A DNA stretch of 63,899 nt, the filler included, from Chiloscyllium plagiosum (lineage: Eukaryota): NCBI RefSeq assembly GCF_004010195.1. It is 4 parts of 2 records of this genome, joined end to end, with 100 filler letters (N's around TTAATTAATTAA, not from the genome) between each part and the next. Parts side by side here need not be neighbours in the genome. Positions count along the whole stretch, not along the records: positions 24,003 to 40,991 come from NC_057713.1; 3 more parts are not named here. One strand, 5' to 3'. A program made the translations under genes and the position numbers. Below, one piece after another: positions 24,265 to 38,200 of this stretch; the first letter of the stretch is position 1, and the number at the start of each line of letters is the position of its first letter. The notes below the pieces were generated by a model, which worked only from the letters and a program-made list of their open reading frames with translations, was not told the DNA's origin and ran no database searches.

Positions 24265-25818
24265 TTGGCAATAAATGCTGGCTCAGCCAGACAGATGGCC
24301 ACAACCCATGAATGAACTTTTAAAAATTATAACATGTTTTCTGGCAATTAAGACCACTTATAAAACCATTGCTCAGACTACTGCCTCCTAACAAAACAGG
24401 CAAATTGCCTCAAAACCCCACTGCATTTTAAGTATCATAATAGGCAAATTATTGAATGTATTTGGACTTTTATTCTCAAGCTCCACATCTCTTGTACTAA
24501 GTCTTCCTGGTGCATCCTTAAGTTAAAGTACATACAAAGGAATGTCATATAGTTGAGTAATGAGTCATACTACGCATGTCACAATATTCTTTATGGACTG
24601 GAGTGCACACTCTTGTTAACTGGGTCCAGTCATGCTCCACCACAAATATCTGCACTAAACTAAGATTGCACTGTTGTACAAGACTGAGGAAGCACCAAAA
24701 TATAAAAAGGTGTTTTTTTCAGAAGAGACTTTAAATCAAAGTACTCTTGAAAAACAAGTTTTTTTTTCATTTTCCTGAACTGTTAAAATCCAAAACTATA
24801 TAGACTGCTGAGAGAATGCAGTGTGGTTTACAATTTATTATAAAAAAATGACAATTATAAAAAATGATCTAATCTAGTTTCATTGCTAATCTAGCATTGA
24901 CTCCTCAATCACGCACTACTATTCTCTAATAATTTAGCCTCATATTGTGATATTCTCAAAAGTATTCAAAACATTACTTGAAAAATCCAGAACACTGTCA
25001 CACCTGAACAGAAAATTTCCTTATGTTTAGTATCTTTTTTATTTCAGCAATCTAACATTACTGCACACGAGAGCACTGGGATTTAGAAAATATCGTATGA
25101 TATATTCAGCAGTCTGGTTACAAATAACGCAAACGCTCTGGCTTGTGCGATATACAATTAAGTACTGTAGAGTGCACCAATTAATTGGAAAGTGAAAAAA
25201 ATAAATAAATTACAAAGGATGATGGTAGAGTATTAAAGTGTTTAGTCACTTCCTTTTCAGCTGCTTGATATGAGTATGAGTATCACTACCACGTTGACAG
25301 TGCTGTGATGTGCAGTAGGACTGATACTGTTTGTTAACCTTCCTCTCCCCCTCAGCTATTATTCAAGTGCTGTTTGAAAAGCAACACTCCAAAGATTTGC
25401 TTTAGTGTATGTCCATTTCCCTTCCAAGACTCACATCAACAAGCTTTGCCACTGCAAAATTCATAAGAATGAAAATACTGTGCAATCCTAAAAACCCATT
25501 AAAACAAAAAAGGCAAATCAGATTTCATTGCTGAAAAGCAATTATACCCCAGATGATGAGGTGCATAGATATTATTTAAGAAAAGCAAATCTTTTAAAGC
25601 CACCCGAACATGCAGCAGATGCCAAGACATTGAGTACATTGAAGGAGGAAACCGGTTTTAAATAGAAACAGATTGAAGGGTTATGGAGAGCAGGCAGCAA
25701 AGTAGAGGTAAGGCTGAGATGGGATCAGACATGATTATAGTCAATGGAGGAACAGATCGAGGGGCTGAATGGCCTCCTCCTGCTCCTAGCTTTTATGTTA
25801 CATTAAATTGTTACTTAC

Positions 25819-26265
25819 AGCACTTAATGATGTCCGTTTGTTATTCATAAATAGAAGATCGAGTCCCTCAACATTTTTCCTTCTTCCTCTTCTCCTTTTT
25901 ATTGGCATTTCCCCATCAACTAATGAACCATTTATCATAAGTCCAGTTGGTGCTCGTGAAAGGCCAGCTTGCAGCATTTCAATGTGGGCTTTATAGGCAT
26001 CAGATACTGGCACAGAGGCATTCGGCAAAACATACTTGGAATTAACAGCAAGGTTACTGACTGAGGTAGAACTTTTGGCCTCTCTGGAGGCTTTTGATAA
26101 GTCCACAGCTCTCTCCTGTCCACTATCCGAGGCTGCTTGAGACTCGCGAAGCTGAGCTACCATCTCCATTAGGTTTCTTCTCCTCGCAGCTCGCTCAGCT
26201 TCTATTTCAATCTTCTTACGCCGTCTCCTACGTTGCCTTGGAACTGACAGATTCAATGCATCATC
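25819..26265 (-). CDS. chd7: CHD7 exon (human-equivalent 34)
   Basis: [42 protein letters not shown]...[18 protein letters not shown]; 447 bp; cag/gtaagt. Confidence 0.97.
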
Positions 26266-26689
26266 CTGCAGAGAAATACATTGGTTTTGGATTCTACAAA
26301 CAAAACTCTTGCCATTCAATGCAGATTTGTCTCTGTCACTTTAAATTATAAGTCCAAGAAAATATTTGCAAGAAAACTTTAAGCAACAAATCTCTTCTTT
26401 TGGAAAGGATGAATGGGAGCAAAGAATCTTGACACCAGACTGCACGTGGAAGTTGTAAAATCTAATATTTGCAACAGAGAACAATGGGATCTTTCTACTT
26501 TCAAGTCATTAAATTGGCATCCTCATAACACAACCATCACTGTCCCTCAATAAAGCATAACATAAACACAGGAATTGAAAGAAATAAATGACTTTAGGGC
26601 CAATAAAGCCATTCTTTCCCAAATTGCCCAAATCTATAGTTGAGTTATTGCTTTTGCTCTGCTTCTTGCATTGCTTTTGTCATCTGTTC

Positions 26690-27162
26690 ACAACCAAAAG
26701 GACCTGGGGGATTTGGAGCTGATACAGAAATGTTTACCAGGAACTTTGCCTGGTTTGGAAGGCATTAGCCAAAAGGAGAGACTGGACAATCAGTGTTTTT
26801 ATTACTTGAATAACAAAGGATGAGGGGTGACCTGATAGAAGTTTTGAAAATTATGAGAAACATGGATAGTGTGAATAGTCAGTGTCTTTTTCCAGGGTAG
26901 CAATGTCACACACTAGGTATAGTGTAAAAAGGGTAGGTTTAAAGGAGATGATGAGAGGTGAGTCTTTTACAAAGAGGATGGTGCACTGGAGGAGGAGATG
27001 GATACATTATTAACATTTAAAAGGTACCTTGACAGATACGTGAATAGGTGGGAATAGAGGGATATGGATCAATACAGGTAAAAGGTTTCAGTTTAGAAAG
27101 GCACCATATGACAGTACATTATGGGGTGAAGAGTCTGTTCTTGTGCTGTGCTGTTCTTTGTT
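26690..27162 (+). mobile_element. CR1 LINE 3' fragment
   Basis: RMRGDLIEV-like remnant and CR1 tail. Confidence 0.75.
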
Positions 27163-27789
27163 AATTTTGTGTTGACACTTAAATCATGTCCTCATTTGCA
27201 CTGGGAACACTAATATTTGTGTAAACCATCAGGAGGAATGCTGGAACAATTTTGTTTGGTCTCTTTTAGCTCCCGAGGCTTCAGCAAACAGAAACGGCAA
27301 TGCCCTAATTCTGGGCTTGGCAATTATCATAAACATTACTTTAGGGAATAATAATAAAATACATAATTTAAAACCAAGTACTGAAATACACATGCATGTT
27401 CTGGCCCAATTATTCCTGTCCTCTAACTTTATACATTGAAGATGGTACCTGATTTTGTCCACATGGCTAACATCATGGGAGACAATCTAGAATTTAGCAT
27501 GAACATGCAAAATGCTGTAATATCCGTTTGGCATAAAATGTTAAAAAATGCCAAAACTCAATGTTAACTTCTCAAAAGGGTACTAAATGCACATTTTGTA
27601 CTTTCTTTAGACATATATGTGTAAAACTGCTAAGAATGGAACACAAATTATTTGAGTTGTTCAAAAGCACCAAGACAGTAGATTTTTTCTCTTAGTTTAC
27701 AAAGTTCCCATTAACAAGAAGGAATTTTTTGCCCACTTCTGAACATTATGAAGTTTGCGCTTAGCATGATGAGTAAATGATAGCACTGG

Positions 27790-28100
27790 AGAAGCAGTAG
27801 CATAATGATATCACTGGATCAGTAATCTATAAACTGAGGGCAATGCTCTGGGGACACGGATCGTCATACAATGACAGATGGTGAAATTTGTGGTGATGTA
27901 CTCACTGTCTATCATCATAAAAACCTGGTTCACTAATACCCTTTAAAGCAGGAAATCTGCCATCCTTACCTGGTCTGGCCTACATATGACACCAAACCAC
28001 TAGCAGTTAATTCTTAACTGCCCTTTGGATATTTAGGGACAGGAATAAATGGAAGCCCTAGTGCAGGGACATCTGCATCCCAAAGAATGAATAAAATAAA
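27790..28100 (+). mobile_element. Old tRNA-derived shark SINE (non-HE1)
   Basis: Shares CTGGTTCACTAAT...GGAAATCTGCCATCCTTACC core with 53660-53900. Confidence 0.55.
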
Positions 28101-28464
28101 CTCCAAGTTTCAAACCTTCCAGGTCATGAATTAGTTGGGGTCTGATATGCTACTAATGCTCGAACATTAATAAATAAAAATTACAACACAATCATTTATC
28201 TGTTCAACTGACTGATGACTGTACTGTCAATGATTGGTTTATGCTCCAGGATTTAATGTTCAAATTTGTCATTCTTCCCCCTTCACTATTTTGTTTAGAT
28301 TGGGCCAAAGCAGGGCACAGTACAAGTAAAACACTTTAGTGTCAGACTGCATTATTGTGTAAATTGAGCGCGACATCACTTCTCTGCTCAACATCACCCT
28401 AAGTTTGTTCTTCATTTATTTCAAACATATTCTATACAGTGTAACAGGAATATTAAATACCTAC

Positions 28465-28689
28465 CCTTGATACCTGAGGAGAACCAGCTATATCTTCACA
28501 GGCACTGAAGCTCCCTTGACCTACCATGGAGAGTTCAGTGAAACTCCTCCTTGGCAGAGGGCTTTCCACTGACGTGGGCGTGTAGTTGATCATACCATGA
28601 AAATCAAATGGTTGACGCCTATTTATAGGCCACTTTCCCTTGACCACTGCCTCACAAATATTGTCCAAGCGATTAATCATTACACGATC
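28465..28689 (-). CDS. chd7: CHD7 exon (human-equivalent 33)
   Basis: [26 protein letters not shown]...GSPQVSR; 225 bp; cag/gtaggt. Confidence 0.97.
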
Positions 28690-30648
28690 CTGGAATGCAA
28701 AGAGACGATTCTTCAAACAGATACACTTGGAACAGCGCTGCCATCAGGATTTTGGTGCAGTTGCACTGAAATCAGGATTCTGCCCATCCTGCTTCAGTGA
28801 ACAAGTACTTGGACTGCAAACAACAGCTGAAACAACTATAGATTTTTCCCATAAAATTTGGGTTTGCTTGTTTTGGAGGGGGGGAAGAAAGGGGGAAAAA
28901 AGTTTATGCTGCATAAACACCAGAATAAGCTTATCCAAAGGCAGGCTGAGTAATACCTGTACTGCAGCAATTGGGCATTCAGGAAAGATTTAACAGGATG
29001 ATCCTGCATGATGAACCCATGACTTTGAAGTGGTTATGGATAGTGAGAGTCCAAGGATTCCATATTAAACAGAGAAACTGAAACTTACATGAAAAAAAAT
29101 CAATGAAAACTCTGAAGAATCTGATGAACAATTAGCTGTTAAAAAACAAAGACTACTCATTAATGCACTTGCGTTGCTGTTGGACATAGCCTCATAGGAG
29201 TCAATATTTTGATCTAATTTCCCCTCCCGTTAACAAATTTAACAGATTTGTTGACGTTTATGTAGAGAGAGCAGGAGAGATTAGCTAACAAATTACAGTT
29301 AAAACTAGTAAGCATAAATTACAGAATATATTAAGCATTTAACAATTGGAACTGAAGCAGCACAGGGAGAGTCGAAGTAACCAGGTGGCGATAATAAAGT
29401 CACTCATAACATCCACATATTGCAGTAAAACACTTAAAATAGAAATAAATGCTGAGATATGCAGCCGGAATAGCAGAATATATCTCTAAGTACTATGTTA
29501 AGTGTTTACAATAGACCACTCATTAACAAAGAATAACATGTTCAATTCTGGTGAGCAGCACAAAAGGATAAGATTTGAATTATTAGACAAGCTCAAGCCT
29601 GGCATTTATTAGGGAAGCATGAACCAGTAACAAATGATATGTTTTAAATGTTAAATCATGTTGCTAGATAAAATATCCTACGAAGTTTGAAAAGTTCATT
29701 AGTGCATATAAATGAAATTGCGTGAAAGTATAACAGTTATTAAATCTTGAAAGACAGCTACATCTTCGGAATAATTTACCGGGTGGAGTAGGCAAAATCA
29801 CAGGGATGTTGAAAAAATAGATGGATGACAGACTATTTTATTATTGTTAGGCTTTAATAGGCAAAATGACATTTTATGGTAAGTAACTTAATTCATCACT
29901 TTAAGGACTTGCATTTCAAGAAGCAGATCAGTTTAAGTCTGCTTTTCCTTCTGACATATTTGAATCTTAGACTGGAATCCAGCCTTGTAAACAAACTTTG
30001 AAAGAACTTAAAACATAGGAAATGAATGTCATGTCACCTTCAGACCTTGAGACCAAGTAAAAGCAAAATTGGAATACATTTTACCGTATTTACCAAACAA
30101 GAGATAAGGAATCATTACATTTTTAGAAACCAATTGCAGATGTCCATAGATATATATATTTAAACAACCTGTGAGAATTTGAAGAATCTAAATTCAGGTT
30201 CTCTGAACTTGAATAAAGGCTAAAGACTTTGCACTGGACTGCAAGAAAACAATTGGATGCTTATCTAATGAAACTAGGAGCATGCAATCATAGTATTTTG
30301 ACAGGATGCAAGTTTATACCTGCTGTTCACTACATAGCGAAGTCCTGCTTTCATTTGTGTATGGGAGACCATGTGCGACCCTAGCTAAATATGGTTGGTA
30401 GATGGGGTTTAGGGTTGCAGAACAAAAATAAATTGTGAATAATCAAATTAATTGGATCACACCAATGTTACAGCAAACAGGCTCGGGGCAGGCTTCCTGT
30501 CTTTAAGCTGCAGCAATCAAAAACCAAAAAAGAAATCAGAGCAGATGGTAGGAGGGCAAAATTAATCAAATAAATTTCATTCAAAAGTTGTTTGCTTTGG
30601 CACAACACAACAGTGAATTATACATTCAAAGTTTAAAGCTGGACAAAC

Positions 30649-30809
30649 CTTTGGCCAGAAGGAAAAGGAATATGTTCTTTCATGAAGAAGCTGAGCTACT
30701 GTGGGTTCACTATCTTCCATGAGGAAGCCATCACGAGTTTCATCCCGGGCAGTGCTTAGAGAGGCGTTACTTTCTTCATCAAATTGTTTGCTTTGGGTAG
30801 CAGTGCCAG
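30649..30809 (-). CDS. chd7: CHD7 exon (human-equivalent 32)
   Basis: [32 protein letters not shown]...[16 protein letters not shown]; 161 bp; phase 1 to 0; cag/gtttgt. Confidence 0.96.
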
Positions 30810-31261
30810 CTGAGAAGAAAATCATGCAGTTTGAATACAATATCATCACCAATATCCTGCCACTAAATGAAATTTGAATCATGAGTAAGCTCATGTCCTT
30901 GCACTCAGTTTTGACAGCCAACATAGTACCAGATCTAATTTAAGTATTTTTACAGCATTAACTGCCTATTTTATACAGGTATATTTTTACAAAAAGAATG
31001 TTGTACTCACAGCAGTCACGAGAAACTGTGTAACGATACCACATATGGGCTATTCTGGTATAAGTTGTCAACTACAAATTGCGTATTTATTTTGAGTAGC
31101 ACTTAACAGTCTCACATTGCCCTTCAGCCACCTTTGTGAACTGCTGCAGAGTAGTGTAGGTACTCCCACAGTACCAGTACTAGGAGGTTCATGCTTTTGA
31201 TCCAGTAACAGAAAAAAAATGACAATATGCTTCAAAGTCAGACTAATCAGTGTTCTTGAAT

Positions 31262-31548
31262 TGATTAGATTAGATTAGATTCCCTACAGTGTGGAACCAG
31301 GCCCTCCAAAGAGCAACCCACCCAGACCCATTCCCCTACACCTAACACTCTGGACAATTTAGTATGGCCAATTCACCTAACCTGCACATCTTTGGACTGT
31401 GGGAGGAAACCGGAGCACCTGGAGGAAACCCACGCAGGCACAGGGAGAATGTGCAAACTCCACACAGACAGTTGCCAGAGGCAGGAATTGAACCCGGGTC
31501 CCTGGCGCTGTGAGGCAGCAGTGCTAACCACTGAGCCACCGTGCCACC
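31262..31548 (-). mobile_element. HE1-type V-SINE inserted in an older LINE remnant
   Basis: Reverse-complement head and V-domain with (ATTAG)n tail. Confidence 0.92.
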
Positions 31549-31549
31549 C

Positions 31550-34080
31550 CTTGGAAGGGAATTTGCAGGTGCTGGTAATTCAGTGAGCCTGTTGCCCTTG
31601 CGTTAAATGGTAGAGGGCGCAGATTGGAAAGTGATCTCGAAAGGAGACTTGTTGAGTTTGTTGTTAGGCATTTTGCAAACAGTATAAACTGCTGTCATAG
31701 TGTGCCAATAATGGAATGGGTGCCCATTAAATCAACAGCTAACTGGGAGTGTTGTTGGGGTTACACTCATTGAGGTCAGTGAGGAGAATTGCCTCACATC
31801 CCCAACCTGCACCTCGTGGATGGTGTACATACTAAGTACAGGGAGTCAGAAGCTGAGTCAATGACCATAGAATTTTTAACACTGACATGCTCCTGGAACC
31901 ACAGTACTTATGTTACTGATCCAATTAAATTTCTGATCAAAGCAGTCATGTGAGTATTTAGTAATGGTAATACCATTAAATGTCAAGGGGAACTTATCAG
32001 ATTTTCTCTCAATGGTTTGCATTTGTGAGACAAACATTACTTGCCATTTATCAACCCAAACCCAAATGGTGCCCAGTCCTTGCTGCACATGGGCACAGAT
32101 TGTTTCATTATCTAAGGAGCTCTAAATGAAACAGAACATTGAGAACTCAGTGCTGAATGATAGATTAGTGAAGGAGCTGAAGGTATTCAGACCTTGACAG
32201 GACCTGGAAGAGAGGGTTCACATGCTTTAGGGGGAAATGGACATATTGGACAATTTGCAGCATTTGAAGCAGACAGCTATTCTTGGGGGTGTGACTGGAC
32301 AACCCCAAGAATGATGTCTGAGACATAATAATACTCTCAGAATCATACCTTACACACATCAGGTCCTTAGTTGACTAGTCTTTTGGCACAGGTTTCCAAG
32401 TATTAGTAAGAGGGCCAACAAGGTTATGTGCGCCACTGACAGGCAGTGCCTTGTTTAATGCTAGGTAGTTTTATTGGACATGAAAGCAGTTAGATAGAGT
32501 GGAGACATTGCTGTAGATCTGGAACCAGGCAAGGTTGGCAAGACCAGGCGAGACAGATGTTCCTTCTCTAAAGCTCGTGTGTGAATCAGATGTGGTAGAT
32601 ATGGTCACCATAAGGCTGGCTTTCAACTCCAGATGTAGTATTTGATTTTATCCCATGCTAATCCCACATCCCTTGGTCTAAAAAGGAATCAGAAGTCTAC
32701 CAATCTTGGTCTTGAACTGAATTAATAACAGCTTCCTCAGCACTCTGGATATAGAATTCCAAAAATATATCAGGTTCTGAGTGAAGATGTATCTCCTCAC
32801 TTCTGCCCTAAATGGCTTATCTTTTAATCCGAGACGGTGTCCTCTGGTTTTGAATCCCACAACCAAGAAAATCATTTTTGCAACTAATTTGTTTTGTCCT
32901 TGATGAAATGCTCAACTTTTTGTGAGATCGCTTCATTCTTTTAAACTCCAGAGATACAGATTCAGCCTCTTCAATCACTCCTTAACCCAGGATCCCAGAA
33001 ATCCCTCTTGTTAGCACTGCGGCACTCCCTCAATGGCAACTATATCCTTCCCAAGGCAAGGGAAGCAGACTGTACACAATATTCCCAGTGCAGTCTCACC
33101 AATATTCTTTACAATGAAGGAAGTCTCTTTTGCTCCGATACTTAACTCCTTATGTTCAAGGCTAATTCTCTGCTTGCCCTTAGAATTGCTTGCTTCACTG
33201 GCATGCTAGCTTTCAGTGACTTGTAGTCAAAGACATTAATAGTTTCCAAATCCTCATCATTTAAGAAATGCTTTTACCATTATTCCGCCTTTTGCTTTTG
33301 CATCTGGAAACCGGTGTCCAGTGAGGTTCACAAAGATGAGCTCTTGCTGTTTGTGGCTTATAGAAACATCTTAGACTTGAATGTTGGAGGACTGATCAGT
33401 AAGTTTGCAGATGAAACAAATATTGGTGGGGTAGTAAATAGTGAGACTGAGACTACAAGACAATATAGATGGGATGGTCAGAAGGTTGATCAGTGGCCAA
33501 TGAAATTCAACCTGGATAAACGTGAGGGGATGCACTTGTATTACAAGGTAAGGAATACATGATGAACAGTAGGGCACTGGGAGGTACTGAGGGTCAGGGG
33601 GACCTTGGTGAGCATGCCCACTGGGCCCTTATGGCAGCAGGGCAGGTGGATAAAGTGGTTAAAAAGCCATATGGTATACCTGTCTTTATTAACCGAGGCA
33701 TAGAGTTTAAGAGCAGGGAGACTCCGAGTATCCATTCTATCTCTGCCCTTCAATTTTGTAAACTTCTATCAGGTCATTCCCTTACATACAAGTGAAAACA
33801 AACCAAGTTTATCCAATTTCTCCTCGTAGGTAATATCCTTGAAACCAGGCAACATCCTGGTAAACTGTTTCTGTACCCTCTTCAAAGTCTCCACATCGTT
33901 CAGGTAGTGTGGCAACCAGAACTGTTGTCAATATCCCAAATGAGGCTGAACTAAAAGGTCACACAGCTGCAACATAACTCACTAATTTTTATACTCTATG
34001 CCCCAACCAATTAAGACAAGCATGTCATACACCTTCTTGACCACCTTATTTACTTGTTTTGCCACTTTCAGGGAACTGTT
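31550..34080. mobile_element. Cluster of degenerate CR1/L2-group fragments in both orientations
   Basis: WVDKWQVMF (-), TRGHRLGLKDKPFR (-), ISKFADETNIGG (+). Confidence 0.75.
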
Positions 34081-34161
34081 TTAGAAAGTAAATTGTTAGC
34101 TAGGAATACAAATTTAACAGAATTCAAGAAAGAATTAGATGGCACATTTTATATGTGGTAC

Positions 34162-34914
34162 CTTCAGGTTGGGACGATTCTTCCGATTTATCATCATCGT
34201 CATCATCCTCGTCATCGTCATCTTCTTCTGACCCTTTCTCAAATTGTAATTTAGGTCTCAGTTCCTTATCTTCAGGGTCAGGAAGCAATCCACTGGCTAT
34301 GATTAAAGGTTTTTCAGTATCATGTTCAATCTTCACAGACAATGGTCCCAAGGGGTCTTGACATTCTGAATCAACATGTAAGTTCTCATCACAATTAACT
34401 TTCCCATCTTCCTTAAGAGGGACTGTGCTCTGATCTTCTTGAGGTGGTGGGGTTGTAGGACATTTTAGCCCACCTTCAGCTTTGCTATGATCATTGTCAG
34501 TTTGTTCTGTACTTTTTTCTTCCTGAACTGGTGTGGATGTGACAACAGAAGGCATTTGGCTCAGACAGGCACCTGGTTGGTTTTGAAAAGGCGTACTACT
34601 CCGCTGGCTAGCTCCTTTGTTTTGAGCAAAGTTTTTATGAGCCTCAAGGAAAGAAAGCTCAGAGTCATTTAGAATATGGTAGTCTGTCCGACTGACTCCA
34701 TGCTTTGCAGCACCGATCAATAAGTCTTTGTCATGTTTGCCGCATTCCCACCATTCAGGCAGATCCATGCTTGGCTGGCACAGCTTGAGTCGTTGATCGA
34801 GCTGAGCATGAAGCAAAACCTGCTCTCGAACTTTCCGGAGAAGTTCTATTCGATACAAAGTTCTAGAAGCACGTTCTTCTGTAATTGGCTCGATGAAAAT
34901 GCTGGCATCAAGCT
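34162..34914 (-). CDS. chd7: CHD7 exon (human-equivalent 31)
   Basis: [27 protein letters not shown]...[34 protein letters not shown]...[11 protein letters not shown]; 753 bp, phase 1-1; acceptor inferred at ttacgaag to keep frame; donor gtacca. Confidence 0.93.
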
Positions 34915-35023
34915 CTTCGTAATAAAAACAAAATACTTTCATAAATATGGGAATCAAAATTGACTTAAGTTCCTTTAATTTGGTGCTTGCTAAATGTTGC
35001 AATTTAGGCTGGTGCACAGTACG

Positions 35024-35381
35024 AAGAAAGTGAGGACTGCAGATGCTGGAGATCAGAGTTGAAGAGTGTGGAGCTGGGAAAGCACAGAGGTCAGGCAGCA
35101 TCCGAGGAGCAGGAGAATCGACGTTTTGGGTATAAGCCCTTCATCAGGAATGGAGGGGTGGCCCAATGGGGCTGAGAGATAAATGGGAAGTGGGGGGGGG
35201 GGGCTGGGTGGAGGGAAAGGCAGCTGGGAATGTGATCAGAAGATGAAGGTGGGGGGTGAAGGTGATAGGTTGGAGAGGAAGATGGGCAGGTAGGACAGTT
35301 CAAGAGGGCTGTGCCAAGTTGAAGGGTTGGATCTGGGTTTCTCAGCTGTGCTTTTCCAGCACCACACTCTTCGAGTCTGAT
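35024..35381 (-). mobile_element. Family B Penelope-derived element with partial inverted repeat
   Basis: AAAGTGAGGACTGCAGATGCTGGAG...; mutated hammerhead core at 35116-35151; inverted end CTGTGCTTTTCCAGCACCACACTC. Confidence 0.8.
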
Positions 35382-35501
35382 GTACAGTTTGGATCATATT
35401 TATGGCAATTGATGCAGCTGCATTCCCCCCCTCCCACTCCGAATCCAAACTGATGACTTCTTAAGTCTATCATCTGGTTTGGCTCCATTTTAAAGTCTTA
35501 C

Positions 35502-35710
35502 CTTCACCTGGATTGGGAGGCATACGGCACACTTTTCTGCACATAGCCACAAAACAACTGAAGTATTTTTCCAAACTGTCGTCAGACTTTTTATCCAGTC
35601 TAGCAAAGGCACGGAACTGGTTCCAGTCAAATTGCTTCTTTGTGGGATCAAAAACTACACCAAAGGTTGACACAACACGATAGAAGTCGGCTTCTTCTCT
35701 CCTGGTCCAT
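35502..35710 (-). CDS. chd7: CHD7 exon (human-equivalent 30), SANT-like domain
   Basis: [22 protein letters not shown]...[36 protein letters not shown]; 209 bp; cag/gtaaga. Confidence 0.97.
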
Positions 35711-37386
35711 CTGTAATTTAAAAATACGTTTAAGAAAGTTATTTTAAACCCCAAAGGCCTGTAGCTCTTCGCCAGTCATATGAACACCGAGCTACAAAAT
35801 TATGTCGGCATGTTGGGAAATTCCAGTGATTTAGGTTTGCGACAGCCACGATCCCACAAGTGTATTGCTCTGCTATTTCTGAGGTATTCAAATATAAAAC
35901 ATAAAACAAATCCCAAATGTGCCAACAAAACCCTCCAGCACTCCAATATCTGCCAGAAGACATCCATAAAAGATGAGGTAAAGATTGAACAATCTCTTTT
36001 TAATTATCAGTGCTCCAAAAGTTACACTTCAACGTAGAAGTTAATGGATTTCTATTTAAAACACACAGAAATCCTGGATCACTGACTAAGTTGTGATTTT
36101 CAAAAACTGTATGTTTTTGGTTCTTAACATATAAACTCAGGCTATCTTATGCAAGTACAATTTGAAATAGGCAGCAGTAAGAGACAAGACAAGAAAAATA
36201 AAACCATTTTCTTCAGTCCAAAGAAAGAATGGAGGGTTTATCAATTGACGATAAACGGCCTTACAAAAATAGGAAAAATGCTTGTTTTGTATAATACCTT
36301 GAAAAGATCGTCAGAGATAAAACTAAACAATAATGATGGGCAAGCAGAGGCCTAGCTATTAAAGAAATGCTGAAATATTTGATGTAAACAGTGAGCTCCG
36401 AGAAAGCACTTCAAAAGAGGACGAAGATGGAAAAATAAAGGGGATCAGAGAGGGTACTACAAATTGGGTTTTCTAGACTACTGAAAGCATGTTTGCCAAA
36501 CATGAGGTGGTGAGAGTGAGGGAACATATAACACACCAAAGTCAGAGCAGCTGTAATGAGATCATAGGTGTGGAGGATCAGAGGAAGGAATAGGCCAGAT
36601 ATTTCAAAAATAAATGAGAATTTTATATTGAAGTTGCTGGTGAACACGACTTGGCAACAAAGTATTAGAACACCAGTGTAGAGACAACAAATGCACAGAT
36701 TTCAGTATCAGCGGCAATTGAGCTGAGAGCAGGACAAAGGTAGCGAATATTACAGATATTCATATTTGGGTGTGCTAGCTAATCAGCCTTCTTTAAACAC
36801 CATCAACACTGTTTAACACTGATCCTTTACTTTATTCATACAAGCAACTACGTTTTTTGCAAACAATAGAAAATATGCTTCAAAATACATAGTCATATGG
36901 GAAACAGGTATTCACAAGAGAAGCATTACATAAAAGTGTAAGTTTGTGTTAAAAAAGTGGAATACTTGTATGGTTGAGAAACAATCATATTTTGTCACTG
37001 AATGACAAAACATTACCAAAAATATTCTGATTCATTAAAGTAGAACTCATACATAAATTAGCCCTGACTGTAACCTGGTCATAGGGTCAGTGGGACAAGT
37101 TTCAGGCTTGTGCTGATTAATGGTAATGAGACCGTGGCCACCTTAGCTCTCGGTGACATTGTTCCTAAATAATTAAGGTTTAAAGAATGTGCTTTATGAA
37201 CTCACACATAGCAACAGATAAAAGAACAAAGCTCTGTACTTATATTGGTGGGTTTAACGGTGTAAACCAAGGGCTTCTGTCAATTTCAGAGGTCTTCAGT
37301 GACTGAAAGTCAGTCAACATTTGACTCAGAAACTTTAATCCAGAATTTGCAAAAAAACCCACCAAACAAGAGGAACAAAATAAGCA

Positions 37387-37427
37387 GGGCGGCACGGTGG
37401 CACAGTGGTTAGCACTGCTGCCTCACA
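37387..37427 (+). mobile_element. HE1 SINE 5' head fragment
   Basis: GGGCGGCACGGTGGCACAGTGGTTAGCACTGCTGCCTCACA. Confidence 0.85.
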
Positions 37428-37784
37428 TCTTTTAGTTTGTAACCTGTAAATACTTCCCTGGAACTTAGAATAGATAATCAGATTTGTAGGTATTACCAAA
37501 CAATGAACTTACAGATTACTGGAAACAAAAATGCTGGAGATCACAGTGGGTCAAGTAGCATTCATGGAGAGAGAGCAAGCTAGGATTTTATGTCTAGATA
37601 ACTCTGAAGAAGCATCCTTAGAGTCTGAACACAACCACATTCCATCATGCCAACCCTGGTTCTCCTGGTGCCTTTTCCACACAAGGAAGCAAGGTGGTGA
37701 AAGAGATACCCAGCCAAAGGAGGAATCGCTTACAAACCTTTCAGAATCTCCTGTCTTGATGTAGAAACAGAGAAAATAAAAACA

Positions 37785-38197
37785 AAAGTGGGCTATTTGG
37801 CTCTTTAAGCCTGCTCTGTCATTAAATGCAATCATGGCTGATTATTCAATCCCTGTTCCTGCTTTTTCCCCATATCCTTTGATCCTTTTAGCCTGAAGAA
37901 CTCTATCTAACTCCTTTTTGAAAATATTCAATGTTTTGGCCTCAACTGCTTTCAGTGGCAGAGAATTCAGTAGGGCCACCACTGTCTGTGTGAAGAAATT
38001 TCTCCCCAACTTAGTTTTAAATGACCAGCCCTGTATCCTTATATTGTGAGCCCTGGTTCTGGACTCACTCATTACTGGAAACAATGATTCTGCATTTACG
38101 CTGTCCAGTCCTGTTAGAATTTTACAGGTTTCTATGAGATCCCCTTCGTCCTAGTAAATTCCAGTGATTATAATCATAACTGATCCAATCTTTCTTC
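37785..38197 (-). mobile_element. CR1 LINE 3' end
   Basis: ORF 37842-38084 ESRTRAHNIRI...RNFFTQTVV. Confidence 0.88.
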
Positions 38198-38200
38198 CAG

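Noticed and set aside
34915..35101. N-terminal part of the 325-aa ORF
   Set aside because: Intron and Penelope-derived sequence that happens to be in frame with the exon
8503..35710. Assignment to CHD6, CHD8 or CHD9
   Set aside because: Peptides such as [26 protein letters not shown] and ENSDMDKTPPPSP, and the exon sizes and phases, fit CHD7 as I recall it
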